A stretch of 64,000 bases of DNA from Phaeosaccion multiseriatum (lineage: Eukaryota > Protista > Ochrophyta, other classes), in NCBI GenBank assembly GCA_965112735.1, contig OZ218955.1, positions 3,286,001 through 3,350,000 of the forward strand, written 5' to 3'. The first letter of the stretch is position 1. Each line of letters begins with the position of its first letter. The notes beneath the pieces are model-generated. The model saw only the letters and a program-made list of their open reading frames with translations. It made no database searches and was not told the DNA's origin. Positions 58,107 to 64,000 of the stretch are shown piece by piece. Position numbers and translations under genes: made by a program.

Positions 58107-58676
58107 CGGTCGGATGCCCACCTACCCCTCTACCGTTCTTGTCGCTATACTCGTGTATTAGCGGTGGTGGTGACGGCAGCTGCTACCGCTGCGCAGCTGC
58201 AGCGGATGAGCGCATGACACACCAGGACGATCCCACTATAGCCACTCCCTTCGCCCTCTGTGCTGTTTGTTGGCCGTCGTGCTTGGCCCACCGGAAACAA
58301 GCCCCTCAACCCTCTGGCAATGAGGGGCTGGTAACGAGGGTTTCGAGTACACGCCTTAAATTTGCCACGACGCGTTGGCCTTCCTTCCTTCTTCTCACAG
58401 CCTCAACCCTGCTTACGTTGCGCGGCGGCTGGTGGTATTGTGTATCTCTCTTTTTTGGTGGCGATGGCAATGTTTGGGGGAAATAATGTGTGTTTCCACT
58501 CCGGGGTGTTGATGAGAGAGGGGATTTGCCAAATTTCGATTTCCGATTTCCCCCCCACCCCCCCTTCCCCCTCCCCCTGCCTCCATGCATCAGAGCTGTA
58601 CGCTGCAAGACATATGCTATGGGGGGCTACTGGTAAGGCTGGAGACCGACTACCGAGCTGTAATTCGTCACGACCC

Positions 58677-59459
58677 ATGAGTTCCCTCCAAGGAGCCAGA
58701 AGGGGCTTGCTGCTGATGCTGGCACTGCAGCTTTCCCCTGCCGTCCCTTTCGGCCTTGCCACGTCCATCCGCTCAGTAGACATCCATGTCAGGCGGAACG
58801 CTCCAGCAGCTTCTTGGACGAAGTGCGGAGGAGGGGCGTGGCAGCCCTCGCCAAGCCGAAGGACACAAACAGCCGGGAGAGTGGGTTTGCATCTTGAAGC
58901 TCTGCCAACACCGCAGTCAAGAGGAAGAGGATACACAACAAATAGAGGAGCAAGAAGGAGAAGAGTAGGGGGAGAAGCAAGAAGAGCAGCAGCAGGAGGA
59001 GGAGGAGGACGAGGAGGACGAGGAGGAGGAGTGGCGACAGGGCGATCGACCACGCGGAGGCCCCTCCCTCCTCCTCGTCTGCCCCCTTCCTTACTAATCG
59101 ACGTCGGGACTAGTGTGACTCTGATCGACAGTGGGAAACGAGGGGTGGTTGTAGACAAGAGACAAGGCGGCTGGTGGCGCGTGGAGCTTGCAGAAGAGGG
59201 TGAGGTTAGCTCTGCGACGACACGTGAGGAGGGCACGACCCTTCGTAGTGTAATCTCCACTCGGAGGGCCAATCTCGCCGCCTTGGGTGACGCTCCTGAA
59301 GCTCCGCAATCATCGGTAGTGCCCTCATCGCCGTTGTCGGCACCCTTGTCACCCCCCTCTCCGCCATCTGCATCATCGTTTCTTACACCGCCGTCGTTGG
59401 TGGAAGACGCCCTCAAGGGTGGGTACTCCATTCTCTCTCCACCTGCCGTGAGGACTCCC

Positions 59460-59517
<58 letters not shown>

Positions 59518-59611
59518 CGGGGGCGTGGGGAGGAGCTAGTGGGAGTACAGCAACAGCAGCGGCAGCAGCAGCAGCAGCAGCAGGAGGAGGAGGAGGAGGA
59601 CGAGAAGGAGA

Positions 59612-59646
<35 letters not shown>

Positions 59647-60323
59647 GAGGAGGGAGACGAGGACGAGGACGAAAACCGGTAGGAGTCGAGAGTGTCTCTA
59701 GGTCTACGCCAGTAGTGGCGGAAACCATGGGTTCCATCGAGAGCTCCCCTCAAGGCCGAGGGGGGGGGCTAGAGGCTGGGGGCTCAAAGCAGCAGCAGCA
59801 GCAGCAGGAGGAGGAAGAGGAGGATGAGGAGGAGGAGGAGGGGGGGGAGGGGGGGAGGGAGTCCATCCCGACCATCGCTCGCCTCACAGATCCCTCCCTG
59901 CCACACCACTCGTGCTCGGAGTGGGTGGTCTTCTCGGACCTTCACGTGGGCATAAAGACCATAGATGTGTGCCTCCAGGTACGGCTCTCTTTCTCTCTCT
60001 CTTGATCGATCGATCGATCAATCGATCGATCTATCCCTCTCAAACTCCCTCTCTCTCTCTCTCTCATGCGAGTACCAAACCTGATTCAATATATTATTTC
60101 CCCTTTTAGGTTCTCGCTGCCGTGCACGCCGCTGCCGCCGCCCGCCCCTCCTGTGGAGTGCTCTTCTTGGGGGATTGGTGGCACATCAGAGGCGCGCTCA
60201 GAGTGGACCTACTCAACGCCGTGCTAGAAACCCTGCATACCTGGAAATGCCCTTTTGTGGCGATACCAGGCAATCACGATCAGGTTGGTCACCCTCGGAC
60301 CTGCTCACTGCTCTCTCCCACTC

Positions 60324-60408
<85 letters not shown>

Positions 60409-61371
60409 GTCTGTCTGCCTGCCTCTCTGTCTGTCTGTCTGTCTGTCTGTCCTTGCCCTGACACCCTGTCCTGACGTCCTCCATCTGTCCTGACACACCC
60501 TCTCTCTGGTCATCGCATATCAGGTCACTCTCGGGGGCAGCATTCATTCCCTCACACCTTTGCAGTTCGCATTTCGAGATGCCAAGCAAGGTAGGTAGGG
60601 TAGGTAGGTATGTGGGTAGGGTGGGTAGGTGTGTAGGTTGTGCGTGTGTGGGTGTGGGTGTGGGTGTGGGTGTGGGTGTGGGTGTGCCTGTCTGGCGTTT
60701 GTGTGTGTGCGTGTGCGTAAGGGGGAGGAGGCAAGAAGCCGTGGCCAGCCCAACCCTAACTCAGAGTGTATATATGTCCTGGTTTGCTTTCCTTCCCGTC
60801 CGCCTCCCCCCTGTTCTATATCCTCCCTCCTTTCTCCTTTCCTATGTACTCCTACTACTCCTCCCTTCGTTTCGGACCGGCCTCTGTGACCAACCTTCGT
60901 GCCCCACCCCCCAATACACACATAAACACACACACGCTAACACTCACACACTCACACACCTACACCCACACACCCCACGCTCCTCCCCACCCACGCGCAC
61001 GTACGCACAACCCCCTACACACACACCAACACACGCACGCCCACCCACACACACACCCACCCACACACATGCAGCCGTGGTGCTTGCCGAGCCAACTCTC
61101 TTCCTTGACGCGCTCTTCATCCCCCACCAGCGCAACTCGTCCCACCTCGAGCTGTTGTTGCGCTCCCCAGAGGCCCGAGCGTCGCAGGCTGTCTTCTGCC
61201 ACGCTGACGTCAGAGGTATATGGGTAGGGATAGGGGTAGAACATAGGCAGGCATATAGGCAGGGGTGTGGGCACGCTTATGGGCAGCCAAGGGCAGGCCT
61301 ATTGACAATGCGGGGGTGACTTGCTTTTTATTTATACGACTCTTCCCTTCTCTTCTCCCCACTCCCACGCA

Positions 61372-61425
<54 letters not shown>

Positions 61426-63617
61426 ATTCCTTCAAACATATCTCGCACTCTCTCTCTCTCCCTCTTTTTCTATCTCCCTCCTCCCCCCCCCCCCCCCCCC
61501 CGCCCTCTCCTCTTCCTCCCTCCCCTCTGCCAGGAGCGGCCATGAACGACGGGGTGTGTAGCAGCGCAGACATATCTGCCTCGGCCTTCCCCCCCTCCAT
61601 CCCCGTCTACAGCGGGCATTTCCACAGGCCACACCGGGTCGTGCATAGACCGCGCGGAGCAAGGAAAGGGACCAAACTCAAACTCGAAACGGCAGTAGCA
61701 GCAGCAGCAGCAGCAGCAGTTGGTGATACAGCAGCAGTTGGTGATATAGCAGGGGCCAGCGAGGGCGAGCGGAGCGTGCGATACGTGGGCTCTCCGTACC
61801 AATGCTCCGTTAACGAACACGGCCAAGAGAAGGCGCTGCTCGTGCTGCGGAGACAGGCCGCTGATGATACAGCTGTTGGTGGTGCAGCAGTTGGTGATAC
61901 GGCAGCAGCAGGGCGGGGACCGTGGACGGAGGTGGAGACGCTGCCCCTTTTTCTGTGAGTGGTGTGTGTTTATGTGTGTGTGAGAAGAGAGAGCGTGTAC
62001 CCGCGCGTGTGTGTGACCGCGTTTCTCTCTCTCCCTATAAGTTTGAGCGTGCGTGAGAGTCGATGAGTCCTCCACTCATTCCGATACTTACTACACTTAC
62101 GTAGTTTTTCGCGTGATGGCACGGGGGCCTCACACCTCTGTTGCAGCTACGCCCTGGGGCCTGTGGCTGCTTGCTCATGGGGGCGGCTGTGTTAACGCTC
62201 GTGTTAACGCTCGTACAAATGCCTTCCTCTTGCCCTTGCCCTCCCCCTCTTCCTTCGATGTTCTTTCCCCTCTCCCTCCTTTTCAGGGGACGAAAGTTCC
62301 ATAAACTATCCCACCTAACGAACAATGGACAAGGAAGAGGAGGAGATGGAGAATGGGGACCCTCAGACGCCTCCCTCAAGCAGCAGCAGCAGCAGCAGCA
62401 GGCATATGGGCCAGAAGGAGGAGGAGGAGCAGGCATATGGGGAAACGTGTCGCACGTATCTCCCGGAGACCGAGTGGTGTGGACCGTTCCCGACCCCGCC
62501 TCACCGCCCCCTGGCGTGCGAGAGAGCGTGTCGCGCATGCGAGCGGGCGGGGTGGAGGTGGAGTTGAGACAGCAGTCGTCGCCAGCTGGGAAGGGGGGGC
62601 TCCTCCCTCCCCCCGTGGAGCGCTACACTAGCCCATCGTCTCTGTCTTCTGCTGCTCTCTTTGAGGAGTTCCTTCGGTCCGAGCAACTGCAGCAGCAGCA
62701 GCAGCAGCAGGCTCAAGACTCACAAGACGACGATGTTGAGCGTAGCACCAACGGCAGCACCAACTCCTCCTCATCATCCGACATGTCGTCGGCATCTGCT
62801 GATGCCCTCCACCTCGGCTTGAGCCTCATTGAACAGGCGGCGGAGGCACTCACAAATGGCTCAGCGCTCTCCTCCACCCTCGGAAAGGGCGCTCTGTCTC
62901 AATCGAGCGGTGGAGGAGCGGGGGGGGGTACCACTAGTCAGACCTCTTTGGTGCTGGAGTCTGTGACCTTGAGTCGCTTCGGACCCTTCCGGAGGCCTGT
63001 GAAGTATCCGCTGGACGGGAGAGGCGTGGTGCTGTTGAGAGGGGCGAACTTGGACGGGGGCGGCGCTGATAGGTAGGTATGAGTATTTGGCATATGGCAA
63101 CGTGAGATGCCAACTGTGATGTGATTGCAATGCTCTCTGTCTCTCCCTCCCTCTCTTCTCCCTCTATGATGTTTAAACTCAGTTTTATTTGTGCGTAGTG
63201 AAACTCACTTCAGAGGCTTCTACTCCCCCTTTTTTCCACCGCTCCAGTAACGGCGCTGGAAAGACGTCCCTGGCTGTGGCTGCCCTGTGGGCTCTAACAG
63301 GGTCCGTCGACATGAGGCCTGCCACAGGTCAGTACAGTCAGTGAGTCAGTGAGTGAGTGAGTGGGGGAGTCAATGAGGTGGTGAGACCATCAGGCAGTCA
63401 GCGAGACAAATGAGTCAATGAGGTTGATGAAGGTTTGAGTCCGTGAGTCTCGGCAGCCTGGATAGGAGCGGCATACCTCACAGAACGACGCACTCAACTC
63501 ACGCCCTCCACTTCGTGCCCATCAATGCCTGACTGCCGTCCCCTGCCTTCGCTTGCGAATCTATCCACGCATTCAAAGATGGCCGAGTGACAGACGTCGT
63601 GTTCCACAGGGGCAAAC

Positions 63618-63661
<44 letters not shown>

Positions 63662-64000
63662 GGCAAAGGAGGTAAAGGCAAAAGAGGTGTGAACAGCGTA
63701 GCGAGCGGTGTCGCAGAGGTGACCGTCCAAGGTGTTCTGAATGGCAAGGCGCTTGAGGTGACGCGCCGCAAGGGGTCAAGGGTGAATAGCCTCTCGGTGC
63801 TGTACGGGGGTGTGGACATGACTCGCCAGACGCCGTCGGACACACAGACGCAGGTAAGTACGATACGTAAGAGTAGATAAGAAATTATTATTTTTGGTAC
63901 GCTGAAAGTGCACAACCTTTGAATGTTGATATTGAGTGTTGAATGTTGAATGAAAAGTGAAGGTTGATTCATGAGTATCGTACGTACAGGACAGAAGCAT
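58677..64000 (+). CDS. SbcD (Mre11-like phosphoesterase) - SbcC (Rad50-like ABC ATPase) fusion, predicted plastid-targeted; truncated by window end
   Basis: Phosphoesterase motifs VFSDLH, FLGDWWH, IPGNHDQ, FCHADV, YSGHFHRPH and YVGSPYQ. These are followed in the same spliced frame by LESVTLSRFGPF..VVLLRG.N..D|SNGAGKTS (Walker A)..ALWALTG and AEVTVQG..LEVTRR. Leader LLLMLALQLSPAVP-F. Confidence 0.88.

Noticed and set aside
58403-59737. 444-aa minus-strand ORF and similar antisense ORFs over SulP, TTLL9 and the 2065-aa gene
   Set aside because: Antisense shadows of GC-rich coding sequence.
60003-60031. Self-complementary (GATC)n run
   Set aside because: Short intronic microsatellite, unremarkable in this background.

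Overview
This is a GC-rich, intron-rich eukaryotic nuclear region. It is most consistent with a photosynthetic stramenopile (ochrophyte): three genes start with signal-peptide + Phe bipartite plastid-targeting-like leaders, and a ciliary-type TTLL9 is present. About 14 protein genes were reconstructed by eye: copine (-), an uncharacterised Pol-beta-superfamily nucleotidyltransferase-like gene with a 1-bp frameshift (-), a SET/Rubisco-LSMT-like methyltransferase (+), a divergent ferric reductase/NOX-family protein (+), an inverted pair of F-box-like/beta-helix genes (one copy frameshifted), Maf pyrophosphatase (-), TTLL9 (+), an inverted pair of SulP-STAS-cNMP transporters, a Q-rich unknown (-), a GtrA-like membrane protein (+), a ~2065-aa low-complexity nuclear-type ORF (-), and an SbcD-SbcC (Mre11-Rad50-like) fusion running off the right edge (+). 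Introns and intergenic DNA are full of microsatellites, so most ORFs in the supplied track are spurious. The most notable signals are: the organelle-targeted SbcCD fusion; a dispersed AGTTGGTGATA motif repeated about 14 times in exons, introns and intergenic DNA; two tail-to-tail inverted duplications with signs of gene conversion; and complementary simple repeats at opposite intron ends. Exon boundaries were inferred manually and are approximate.
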